Assembly: GCA_964599625.1 (NCBI GenBank)
Contig: CAZRGC010000001.1
Span: 179,388-243,387 of the forward strand
Source: an uncultured Gammaproteobacteria bacterium
GTDB taxonomy: Bacteria; Patescibacteriota; Microgenomatia; UBA8517
Direction of reading: 5' to 3'
DNA length: 64,000 bases
Shown: positions 28,253-36,838 of the stretch, in pieces
Layout: every line of letters starts with the position of its first letter
Position numbering within the stretch: position 1 is the first letter of the stretch
Notes under the pieces: model-generated
The model's input: the letters and a program-made list of their open reading frames with translations, nothing else
Told to the model about the DNA's origin: nothing
Databases searched by the model: none
Made by a program: the position numbers and the translations under genes

Positions 28253-30277
28253 ATGGACGATGTTGTCATTCCAAAAATAGATCCCAACAAAAACAAAGCA
28301 GATGCGTCAGTCTTGGTTCCTGAAAATCAAGCTGAGGTTTTGAATCAAGTTAAACCGAATTCACAAACCAATACGACAGTTCCAGAATCCGGTGAAATTT
28401 CCAAAAAACCATTCTCAAAAAACAAAACAATTTGGCTTTCAGTAGGCGCATTATTTCTTGTTTTTATTTTCTACAACCTTGTTGCCATCTATTTGGTATA
28501 CCAAAACGCATTAAAGGTTGTTGACTCAGGAAAAAAACTCCAAACTTATGTGCAAGAGAAGGACCTTGTAAAAATCAAAACTGGACTGGATTCCACCAAA
28601 AAAGAGGTTTTGGGTTTAAGATCAAAAGTGGGTTTACTCAGCTGGGCTAAAATACTTCCTGTCGTAGGCGGTTTCGTAAGTGATGCAGGGCATGGCCTAA
28701 ATGCCGCGGTTGCGGGCATTGATGCGGGCGACGTCGTCATTTCTGCCGCCGCACCTTACTCGGATTTATTGGGACTGGGTGGAACTGAACCAAAAACTTC
28801 CGAACAGTCAACACAAGAAAGAATCGACTTTGTTTTAAAAACAATACCCGATCTGATACCCAAGATAGATGAAATATCCGGCAAAGTTTCAACAGTAAAC
28901 GAAGAGCTTTCAAAAATAGATGCCGAGCGATATCCGGAGAAGTATAAAGGGCAGGTGGTAAGATCAAAAATCAAAACTGTTCAAAGTATTGCTTCGGAGG
29001 TTTCAATGTTTTTGACAAACGGAAAACCCGTTCTTGAGTCGGCACCATATCTTTTGGGAATGGAGTCACCAAGAAACTACCTGATACTTTTCCAAAACGA
29101 CAAAGAACTCCGGCCGACTGGCGGGTTTCTAACTGCCTACGCGATTATGAAAGTTGATAAGGCTAAGTTTGAGCCCGTATCTTCAAATGACATTTACAAC
29201 CTGGATGCACTTTATAAGCCGTCCATTCCGGCACCGGACCCAATTGTTAAATACATTAAAGGTCCGTACATTTTGTCAAAGAATCTGAGGCTAAGGGATA
29301 TGAATTGGTCTCCTGACTTCCCGCAGAGTATGGATATGTTTTCCGCTGCTGCCAAAGAGGCCGGTGTTAAGGGTGTAGACGGAATAATTGCGGTCGACAC
29401 TCATCTTTTGGAAAACATTTTGGATGTAATTGGCCCAATTGGTGTTCCAGGTTTTGGAAACTTCAGTACTGAAATCGATCCGGAATGTAACTGTTCTCAA
29501 GTCATTCATGAATTGGAAAGTTTTGCTGACGTAGAAGGACCTATTGTTTGGGATCCGGTCAGTGGGAAGATTGTCTATAAACCCAAAAATGCGGATAACA
29601 GAAAAAAAATCATAGGACCGCTCATGAATTCAATTTTGGCAAACGCGCTAGGACAGCCTAAAGAAAAGTTGCCGGATCTGGTTGCGGCTGTTTTTACTTC
29701 TCTTATTGAAAAACATGTTTTGTTCTATATAGACGAAGCAAACGTTCAAAAAGCCATGTCAGACTTCGGCCTTGCCGGAAAAGTAAAAGACTACGATGGA
29801 GACTATCTTCATATTAATGACGCAAATCTAGGAGGAAGAAAATCCAACCTTTATGCAACAGAAGAAGTTGAACAAGTAGTAAATGTTGCGAAGGATGGTG
29901 GCGTCACAAAAACTGTAACAATTACATACAAAAATCCTGAAAAACATGATGGCTGGTTGAACTCGGTGCTTCCAACATGGGTAAGAGTTTACGTTCCCAA
30001 GGGAAGTGAGCTTATTGCTGCAGAAGGTTTGGAGACAACCCAGGACCCGTATGAGGATTTGGGTAAGACAGTTTATGCTGGATTTTTTCAACTAAGGCCG
30101 GAAGGTGTTTCAAAGATTACTTTCAAATACAAACTGCCGTTTAAAGTTACAGAAACATACAAGATGCTAATTCAAAAACAACCTGGTACCGATGGGTTTT
30201 TGTATACTGTTAAAGTTGGTAAAAAGCAGGATGAGTTTTTCCTCAAAACAGACAAGGAGATCAAGATTGATCTTTAG
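28253..30277 (+). CDS. Large N-terminally membrane-anchored exported protein, DUF4012-like.
   Basis: It has one TM near residue 60 and an 'ILFQNDKELRPTGGF' motif that I associate with DUF4012 (family name from memory, not verified). Start is at ATG 28253, 21 nt inside the TTG-initiated ORF. Confidence 0.5.
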   Translation: MDDVVIPKIDPNKNKADASVLVPENQAEVLNQVKPNSQTNTTVPESGEISKKPFSKNKTIWLSVGALFLVFIFYNLVAIYLVYQNALKVVDSGKKLQTYVQEKDLVKIKTGLDSTKKEVLGLRSKVGLLSWAKILPVVGGFVSDAGHGLNAAVAGIDAGDVVISAAAPYSDLLGLGGTEPKTSEQSTQERIDFVLKTIPDLIPKIDEISGKVSTVNEELSKIDAERYPEKYKGQVVRSKIKTVQSIASEVSMFLTNGKPVLESAPYLLGMESPRNYLILFQNDKELRPTGGFLTAYAIMKVDKAKFEPVSSNDIYNLDALYKPSIPAPDPIVKYIKGPYILSKNLRLRDMNWSPDFPQSMDMFSAAAKEAGVKGVDGIIAVDTHLLENILDVIGPIGVPGFGNFSTEIDPECNCSQVIHELESFADVEGPIVWDPVSGKIVYKPKNADNRKKIIGPLMNSILANALGQPKEKLPDLVAAVFTSLIEKHVLFYIDEANVQKAMSDFGLAGKVKDYDGDYLHINDANLGGRKSNLYATEEVEQVVNVAKDGGVTKTVTITYKNPEKHDGWLNSVLPTWVRVYVPKGSELIAAEGLETTQDPYEDLGKTVYAGFFQLRPEGVSKITFKYKLPFKVTETYKMLIQKQPGTDGFLYTVKVGKKQDEFFLKTDKEIKIDL

Positions 30278-30280
30278 TCT

Positions 30281-30289
30281 TGATATAAT
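30281..30289 (+). promoter_or_regulatory. Extended -10 element TGnTATAAT placed so that transcription would start at or next to the recO ATG (possible leaderless mRNA).
   Basis: 'tgatataat' sits 6 nt upstream of the ATG at 30296 and no SD sequence lies between them. Confidence 0.35.
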
Positions 30290-30295
30290 GGCCTA

Positions 30296-30841
30296 ATGAG
30301 TTTAATGACCTATACTTCTAGGGGCGTTGTGTTGTTCACAAGAGATATCGGAGAGGCCGACAGGGTAGTGACCATATTCTCAGACAAATTTGGTAAAAAA
30401 GCACTTTTGGCAAAAGGGGTTCGTAAACTTTCAAGCAGAAAACGGGGACACCTGAAACCGTTCAACTGTGTAACTTTTACTGCAGTATCCGGAAAGTCGA
30501 TGGATTTGATAACAGAAACAACATCATTGAATGAATTTGGAGTAATTGGGACAAGTTTAAACAAAATGACTTTAGCATTTTATATATGTGAAATAGTTGC
30601 AAAAACCACCAATGAAGGGGAACCAAACAGTGAAGTTTTTGACCATTTGATGTCGACCCTAAGTAGGATAGAGGCTTCAAAAAAGCTTAAGGAAGTAAGA
30701 TTAGATTTTGTTGTCGGCCTCCTTGAGATTTTGGGTTACATTCCAAAAAACGAGGTTTTTGGCGACCCCTTCGTTCTATTAGAAAACGTCATCGAGAAAC
30801 AGGTATATTCCGAAAGAGTAGGAAAAAGGGTGTTACAATAA
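30296..30841 (+). CDS. recO: DNA repair protein RecO, a short form lacking the C-terminal zinc-binding region.
   Basis: It has the N-terminal OB-fold region 'SRGVVLFTRDIGEADRVVTIFSDKFGKKALLAKGVRK'. It is 181 aa and has no CxxC pairs. Confidence 0.75.
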   Translation: MSLMTYTSRGVVLFTRDIGEADRVVTIFSDKFGKKALLAKGVRKLSSRKRGHLKPFNCVTFTAVSGKSMDLITETTSLNEFGVIGTSLNKMTLAFYICEIVAKTTNEGEPNSEVFDHLMSTLSRIEASKKLKEVRLDFVVGLLEILGYIPKNEVFGDPFVLLENVIEKQVYSERVGKRVLQ

Positions 30842-30853
30842 AACAACTCCGGT

Positions 30854-31579
30854 ATGGAAAATATTTTGTCGGTAAAAAATCTCACAGTAAAATTTAATTC
30901 TCACAAAGTGCTGGACGATGTCACGTTTGACGTCGAAAGAGATTCTACTATTGCCATAATTGGCCCCAACGGAGCCGGTAAATCTGTGCTTTTTAAAGCA
31001 TTGCTTGGACTTGTGGAATATGATGGTGATGTTGAGTGGGCCAAGGATATAAAAATAGGCTATGTTCCACAAAAACTTTCTTTACCAAAAGATTTGCCGC
31101 TTACCGTACTTGAATTTTTAAGTTTTAAGGAAAAAAGTAAAGAAGTTATTTTAGCGACTTTAAGATCCGTCGGCTTTTTGGAAACTTCCGTTCACCCCCA
31201 CAATGACAAGCGGGTTCTCAATACAAAAGTAGGAAATCTATCCGGGGGCGAGTTGCAAAGAGTGCTTATTGCTTACGCACTACTGGGCGACCCAAACATT
31301 TTGCTTTTCGACGAACCGACTGCGGGTGTTGATGTTGGCGGAGAAGAAACTGTTTATGGCCTAATTCATAAGTTACAAAAAGATGACGACCTCACAATAA
31401 TTTTCATATCCCACGAATTACAAGTTGTCTACCATTATGCTGACACAGTTCTATGTCTTAACAAAGAAAAAATATGTTACGGACCACCTGTTGATGTTAT
31501 TGACAGATCAGCACTCAAAAAGATGTATGGTGAAAAGGTAATGATGTACAAACATCACGATCATAGTCATGGACAATAA
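30854..31579 (+). CDS. znuC: Metal (Zn/Mn) ABC transporter ATP-binding protein.
   Basis: It has Walker A 'GPNGAGKS', the signature 'LSGGELQRV', Walker B 'LLLFDEPTAGVD' and a His-rich C-terminus 'YKHHDHSHGQ'. Confidence 0.8.
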   Translation: MENILSVKNLTVKFNSHKVLDDVTFDVERDSTIAIIGPNGAGKSVLFKALLGLVEYDGDVEWAKDIKIGYVPQKLSLPKDLPLTVLEFLSFKEKSKEVILATLRSVGFLETSVHPHNDKRVLNTKVGNLSGGELQRVLIAYALLGDPNILLFDEPTAGVDVGGEETVYGLIHKLQKDDDLTIIFISHELQVVYHYADTVLCLNKEKICYGPPVDVIDRSALKKMYGEKVMMYKHHDHSHGQ

Positions 31580-32336
31580 TTTACTAATACTGGCTATTGT
31601 TGGAACTTTTGTCGGGGCTTCCTCGGGATATTTGGGAAGTTTTATGGTTCTCAAGCGTATGTCTTTGGTTGGTGACGCCTTGAGCCATGTTGCCTTACCG
31701 GGAATAGCGGTCGCCCTGACATTTGGAATAAATCCCATGCTGGGTGCTTTTGTTGCACTTTTTCTTGCGACATTTGCAATATGGTATTTATCCGAAAATT
31801 CGGAGATATATCCTGAAGCGCTGGTTGGCGTCTTTTTTACTGCAAGCCTTTCTTTGGGTCTTTTGATTACACCAGAGCCGGAGCTCCTTGAGGCTTTGTT
31901 TGGAGACATTGATAAAATTAACGGAGTTGACGCGCTGTTTGTAGTCCTTGGAAGTATTTTGATATTTACCATAACACATAGAATTTCTAAAAAACTTATT
32001 CTGGGTGTTGTATCAGAGGATTTGGCAAGATCTCAGGGGATAAGCACTTCTAAGATAAATCTTGTTTATCTGTTAATGGTTTCCTTGGCTGTTACTATTG
32101 GTGTCAAATTTTTAGGAACACTTTTGACGGGGGCTTTGGTGATTATACCGGCTGTTACCGCAAAGAACCTTTCTGAAAGTATCAAATCTTTCCAGATTGT
32201 TGCCGTTTTTACAGGTATAATATCTGCACTTTTTGGAATAGTGATTTCGAAATTTTTTGGAATATCTTCGGGTCCTGCCATAATACTTACTTCTGTTGCA
32301 CTCTTTGCTTTTAGTTACCTTTACAAAAGAAACTAG
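31569..32336 (+). CDS. znuB: Metal ABC transporter permease (ABC-3 family).
   Basis: An 8-TM protein adjacent to and overlapping the ATPase gene, with the typical 'GDALSHVALPGIAVA' motif. Confidence 0.8.
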   Translation: MDNNLLILAIVGTFVGASSGYLGSFMVLKRMSLVGDALSHVALPGIAVALTFGINPMLGAFVALFLATFAIWYLSENSEIYPEALVGVFFTASLSLGLLITPEPELLEALFGDIDKINGVDALFVVLGSILIFTITHRISKKLILGVVSEDLARSQGISTSKINLVYLLMVSLAVTIGVKFLGTLLTGALVIIPAVTAKNLSESIKSFQIVAVFTGIISALFGIVISKFFGISSGPAIILTSVALFAFSYLYKRN

Positions 32337-32386
32337 CTTGCTTCTTTTTTACTGCTTATATAAAATCAATACACTATTTTTTTGAA

Positions 32387-32992
32387 ATGTTTGAAGTTTT
32401 TTTTGATACAGAGACAAAAAAGTTTTTCGATGAAATTGCTACAAACGACCCGGCGCTTTTGGGTGTTTCCATAACCTCGGTTTATTGGCGCAAGCTCGAC
32501 AGCGATTTAAAACAGATAGAAGGAGGTATGGTAAGTTTTTGGGAAAAGGATTTTGACGAGATGTTTAAACTTTTTGAAAAAGCGGACAGGATTGTGGGTT
32601 TTAATTCATTAACCTTTGACATTCCGGCATTGTCACCATATCTTCCGGCGCATTGGCCCAAACTCAAGCATTTTGATATTTTGGATGAACTAAAAAAAGC
32701 CGAAGGCAAACGAGCCTCTTTGGACGCAATCGCAAAAGCAACACTTCAGTCAGCAAAAAACGACTCAGGTGAGAACGCAGTTAAATACTGGAATGCAGGT
32801 GACCCTGAATCATTGGCCAAACTTCAAAAGTATTGCGAAATGGATGTTGCCATAACGAGAGATGTTTATGACCACGTTGTTTATAAAGGTTTTTTAAAAT
32901 ACAAAGATTATTGGAATGAGATACACGAAGTAAAGTTAGATTTTTCATATCCCAAAAATTCAGAGTCCAACATTCAGACAAGTTTGTTTTAA
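32387..32992 (+). CDS. DEDDy-type 3'-5' exonuclease (RNase H-like fold).
   Basis: It has Exo I 'FFDTET', Exo II 'VGFNSLTFDIPAL' and Exo III 'YCEMDVAITRDVYDH' (Y-x3-D). Confidence 0.6.
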   Translation: MFEVFFDTETKKFFDEIATNDPALLGVSITSVYWRKLDSDLKQIEGGMVSFWEKDFDEMFKLFEKADRIVGFNSLTFDIPALSPYLPAHWPKLKHFDILDELKKAEGKRASLDAIAKATLQSAKNDSGENAVKYWNAGDPESLAKLQKYCEMDVAITRDVYDHVVYKGFLKYKDYWNEIHEVKLDFSYPKNSESNIQTSLF

Positions 32993-33002
32993 TATTTTAT
33001 TA

Positions 33003-33389
33003 ATGGATTTTAAAAAAACAAAAAAAGAATTAACAAAGGAGCAATACAACGTCTGCTTTCTCAAAGGAACTGAGCCGCCCGGCTCCGGTAAATATCTTCA
33101 CAATAACGAGACCGGAACATACAACTGTACCGTTTGTGGCCAGAAATTGTTTGAGTCAGAAACAAAATACGATTCAGGTACCGGTTGGCCTTCTTTTTGG
33201 GACATGGCAGACAGTGGTGCTATCAAAAAAGAAGTTGACAACTCTCACGGAATGACACGAACAGAAGTTTTGTGTTCAAAATGCGGATCGCATTTGGGAC
33301 ATGTTTTTGACGACGGACCGCAAGACAAAACCGGTTTACGATATTGTATCAACTCGCTTTCTTTAGAGTTCACTAAAAAAACTGAATAA
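33003..33389 (+). CDS. msrB: Peptide-methionine (R)-S-oxide reductase.
   Basis: It has the zinc-site CxxC pairs 'CTVCGQ' and 'CSKCGS' and the signature 'HLGHVFDDGP...RYCINS'. Confidence 0.9.
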   Translation: MDFKKTKKELTKEQYNVCFLKGTEPPGSGKYLHNNETGTYNCTVCGQKLFESETKYDSGTGWPSFWDMADSGAIKKEVDNSHGMTRTEVLCSKCGSHLGHVFDDGPQDKTGLRYCINSLSLEFTKKTE

Positions 33390-33390
33390 C

Positions 33391-34224
33391 ATGCAAAAAG
33401 ACAAATATAAGGCGACTTGGGTTTCCCACTCTTCTATATCTGATTTTTTAAAGTGCCCCAGACTTTATTTTTTGAGAAATGTTTACAAAGACCCAAAAAC
33501 AGGGAACAAAATGACTATCACTTCCCCACCTTTGGTTTTGGGACAGGCAGTCCACGAAGTAGTTGAATCTTTGTCATCTTTGCCGGCGGAAGAAAGATTG
33601 AAAATATCTCTTATCAAAAAGTTTGATCTTGGGTGGACAAAATTTGTCGGCAAGAAGGGTGGGTTCAAAAATCATACCGAAGAAGTTGAATACAGAGACA
33701 GAGGTGTTGCCATGTTAAGAACTATTGAAGAAAATCCTGGGCCGATACTCAGAAAAGCAATTAAAATAAAATCTGAGATGGGGCTGCCTAACTATTTTAT
33801 TTCTGAAGAAGATAATATAATCCTTTGCGGAAAAATTGACTGGTTGGAATATTTGGAGGATCTGGACGGCGTTCATATCGTAGACTTTAAAACAGGAAAA
33901 AATGAGGAAAGTGACGATTCACTTCAGCTCCCGATTTACTTGTTAATTGCATCCAACACTCAGTCCAAAAAAGTGGCAAAAGCAAGCTACTGGTATCTGG
34001 AAAAGGGTGGGGATCTGACCGCAAAAAACTTACCCACGGCTACCGATGCGTTTGAAAAAGTTATCACAGTCGCAAGGAGAATAAAACTTGCAAGGCAAAT
34101 AAATCATATGAAATGTCCCAGTGGAGGATGTTTTGCCTGTAGGCCATATGAACGAATATTAAACGGCGAAGGGGAGAAAGTAGGTGTTAGTGAAACCCGG
34201 CAAGATGTTTATATACTGCCCTAA
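33391..34224 (+). CDS. RecB-family PD-(D/E)XK nuclease with a 4-Cys Fe-S cluster (Cas4-like, stand-alone).
   Basis: It has motif II 'GKIDWL', motif III 'IVDFK', the 'QLPIY' (QhxxY) motif, an N-terminal Cys ('LKCPRL') and a C-terminal 'CPSGGCFAC' (C-x5-C-x2-C). It starts 1 nt after the msrB stop. Confidence 0.7.
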   Translation: MQKDKYKATWVSHSSISDFLKCPRLYFLRNVYKDPKTGNKMTITSPPLVLGQAVHEVVESLSSLPAEERLKISLIKKFDLGWTKFVGKKGGFKNHTEEVEYRDRGVAMLRTIEENPGPILRKAIKIKSEMGLPNYFISEEDNIILCGKIDWLEYLEDLDGVHIVDFKTGKNEESDDSLQLPIYLLIASNTQSKKVAKASYWYLEKGGDLTAKNLPTATDAFEKVITVARRIKLARQINHMKCPSGGCFACRPYERILNGEGEKVGVSETRQDVYILP

Positions 34225-34505
34225 GAACTTCTGAATGGTTGTGTTGTGAACCATACTTTTTGATCCAGGATTTTACTGTCGACAATATGATTTTTGCCTT
34301 TTCTCGGGTAAACCAGGTCGATTTGATGATTCTCCACAAAAAAGTTTTTGTGCCCAATTACCTGGCCTCTTAAGACAAAATTGCCGATCCTGGTTTTATC
34401 ATTACCGACAAACACAGGTTTCCTGCAGGTCTCGCAGTAGGCGACCACATTGTCGCCTGGTTCAAGTTCAAAGTAGGGAATTTCTGCTGGCTCTCGTTCA
34501 TTCAT
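34221..34505 (-). CDS. Hypothetical small protein (94 aa) with one CxxC pair.
   Basis: A conserved-looking ORF ('CETC') that converges on and overlaps the nuclease gene by 4 nt. It is the last gene of the minus-strand LCP-msrA operon. Confidence 0.4.
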   Translation of the reverse strand: MNEREPAEIPYFELEPGDNVVAYCETCRKPVFVGNDKTRIGNFVLRGQVIGHKNFFVENHQIDLVYPRKGKNHIVDSKILDQKVWFTTQPFRSS

Positions 34506-34524
34506 GGCGGTAATTCTAACACAC

Positions 34525-35046
34525 TTACTTAGTTATCTGGGAAAATTCTTTTTTTAGTTTCTCTATTTTTGGATCTATGACAATGCGACAATATGCGTTG
34601 GATCTGTTTTTAAAGTAGTAATCTTTATGTTCCGGTTCTGCCGGGAAAAAATTCTTATATTTTGTAATTTCGGTTACAACTTGATTTTTATAGTCATTGG
34701 AAATTTCACTTTTAATTTTTTCTGCAACCTTTCTTTGCTCTTCATCAACGTAAAAGATTGCAGACCTGTACTGAGTGCCAATATCTGCCCCTTGCCTGTT
34801 TAACTCTGTTGGGTCGTGTAGTTTGAAAAACACCCTAAGGATATCTTCGAGTTTAATTATATTGGGGTTGAAGGTTACAAAAACACACTCTGCATGGTTG
34901 GTCTCACCGGAGGCCACCTGGTAATACCCTGGGTTTTGAATATCACCCCCGGAATACCCGGGTATTGCGTCAATAACACCTTTTAGTGATTTAAATATAG
35001 CTTCTGTACACCAGAAACACCCGCCGGCGAGAATTATATTTTCCAT
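34525..35046 (-). CDS. msrA: Peptide-methionine (S)-S-oxide reductase.
   Basis: It has the N-terminal active site 'GGCFWC'. Confidence 0.9.
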   Translation of the reverse strand: MENIILAGGCFWCTEAIFKSLKGVIDAIPGYSGGDIQNPGYYQVASGETNHAECVFVTFNPNIIKLEDILRVFFKLHDPTELNRQGADIGTQYRSAIFYVDEEQRKVAEKIKSEISNDYKNQVVTEITKYKNFFPAEPEHKDYYFKNRSNAYCRIVIDPKIEKLKKEFSQITK

Positions 35047-35048
35047 TT

Positions 35049-35699
35049 TTATCCGTTGACTCTTGATGAATAAGTAAACATAAATTTTTTAATTGAATTT
35101 CCTTGTTCAGTATTAAAGATTGTAAGGCCTTTGTCGTTTTTATCGGCTATCGGACTTTGGTATTCTGGACCATTAAGACTTCTTTCAACCGCATAAGGAT
35201 CCGGCCAACTGCCACCGTCTCTGTGAGTAATATAGTTTATAACTTTTTCCAATGTGGGCTCAGCTATTATTTTTAGTGCATAATAATCACTTTTTGAAGT
35301 GTTGTGGTTTCCAGGCGAAGCTGCATACCAGATACCGTCAACACTCTCCATAACCACATATGTGTGATAAAAAAGTGTTCCTTGTCTGCCAACTATCATT
35401 CTAGACACATTTGAAGATTGTGGTAAATCATAAGACGTCATCAAAAACATTTTTTTATATGTTTCCGGGAATCTTGTTGCTAAAACATATGCAGCATCGA
35501 TAGATGAGCGTTCGCAAGTACCCTTAGATGCTTCATGAATTGCTTTATTTAAAGCTCTTGTTTTGAAAAATCTTGGTGATGTAACAGGATTTTCCTTAAG
35601 GTGCTCATTGATATTTGCCGCATAAGCTATGGCAACAGCTTCCGAAAACGCCGCAAGAGGTGTTGCTTTTTGATTTTCGGGAGCGTTTTTTGATTCCAT
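35049..35699 (-). CDS. Hypothetical protein with a candidate Cys/His thiol-hydrolase-like arrangement.
   Basis: It has no TM. A 'GTCERSS' Cys lies about 50 residues before 'FYHTYVVMESVDG'. Its start overlaps the LCP stop by 1 nt. Confidence 0.4.
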   Translation of the reverse strand: MESKNAPENQKATPLAAFSEAVAIAYAANINEHLKENPVTSPRFFKTRALNKAIHEASKGTCERSSIDAAYVLATRFPETYKKMFLMTSYDLPQSSNVSRMIVGRQGTLFYHTYVVMESVDGIWYAASPGNHNTSKSDYYALKIIAEPTLEKVINYITHRDGGSWPDPYAVERSLNGPEYQSPIADKNDKGLTIFNTEQGNSIKKFMFTYSSRVNG

Positions 35700-36826
35700 T
35701 AAATGTTGGTTTTGATATAAGTTTTGACTTCGGAAAAGTTAAGGTTTCCTGCTTTTGGCATAAGTATAAATTGACCGTCAGAACTTTTTCCGGAAACAAG
35801 CACGTTTTCTGTAGTAATTTGCACTCTTTTTATAGTGTAGGCTCTGGGGTCGCCAAAATCTGATATTAAAGTTTTAATTACCCCGATATTAATATCGGTT
35901 TTAACCATTTTGGATAGTGTGTCAATTATTTCATCAAGTTTTCCGGCACTTTGGGCAGATGTCAGTTTTGTAAGAATACCTTCCAGTATTGCAAACTGTC
36001 TCAAGCTTCTGCCAAAATCGCTGTCACCATGGCGGGATCTTGATAATTTGAGAGCTGTTGTCCCGTTTACTTTGGTTGGACCTTTTCCATAACTTAATGT
36101 CTCGTATCTGCATTTAAACTGAGTCTCGAGTGCATAACCAGTGTATTTGGTTTTTAAGGTCTCTATTTCTTGTGCAGTAAATCCGCAGGTGTTATTTTCC
36201 TGTCCGGCGATGGGGTAGAAAGGGTCTTCGAACGCGACCGGAATATTTACCTCGATACCGCCAAGGCTGTCTATTAATTTTACAAAATTGCCAAAATCTA
36301 TGGAAACATAATAATTGATCGGAATCCCCGTGACACTTTGGACAACCCCTCCCACGTTTTGATAACCAACCTGCACCCCGACTGAATTTATTTTGTGATT
36401 TCCCGTAACCCACAGATCTCTTGGTATTGATATTAACCCGACCGACTTTTTACCGGTGTCAACATTAATCACTATTATGCTATCTGTTAAGGCCCCTCCT
36501 GAATGTCCGGACCCTCCATGACCCAAAAGCAAAAAGTTGTATACACCTTTTTGGGGATTAACTTCGTTTACCGGTGCGGGTGTAGCCTCGTTAAACGGTT
36601 GCATTACGTTTTCGTCATTTGGCACCGGAGTAGGTTTTACGTATATTTTTGACAACTTAAGCCCAAGATAAGAAACATAGAAACCAAGGATGAATATCCC
36701 GGTAAGTAAAACACCTATTTGGAGATCTTGAAGATTGATTTTAATTCTCATTGAATAATTAGTAATTATACTCGTACAAATAACAAAATGCCTCGCATCT
36801 GGGTGGAAAGAATAACTATATTGCAA
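35699..36826 (-). CDS. LCP (LytR-CpsA-Psr) family protein, a glycopolymer-to-peptidoglycan phosphotransferase.
   Basis: It has an N-terminal TM and 'LLLGHGGSGHSGGALTDSIIVINVDTGKKSVGLISIPRD'. Confidence 0.8.
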   Translation of the reverse strand: MQYSYSFHPDARHFVICTSIITNYSMRIKINLQDLQIGVLLTGIFILGFYVSYLGLKLSKIYVKPTPVPNDENVMQPFNEATPAPVNEVNPQKGVYNFLLLGHGGSGHSGGALTDSIIVINVDTGKKSVGLISIPRDLWVTGNHKINSVGVQVGYQNVGGVVQSVTGIPINYYVSIDFGNFVKLIDSLGGIEVNIPVAFEDPFYPIAGQENNTCGFTAQEIETLKTKYTGYALETQFKCRYETLSYGKGPTKVNGTTALKLSRSRHGDSDFGRSLRQFAILEGILTKLTSAQSAGKLDEIIDTLSKMVKTDINIGVIKTLISDFGDPRAYTIKRVQITTENVLVSGKSSDGQFILMPKAGNLNFSEVKTYIKTNI

Positions 36827-36838
36827 TATAATTGACCC

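Noticed and set aside
36827-36838. T-box riboswitch leaders upstream of glyQS (36827-36838) and ileS (60703-60765).
   Set aside because: Upstream non-coding spaces are 12 nt and 63 nt, far too short for a ~200-300 nt T-box leader.
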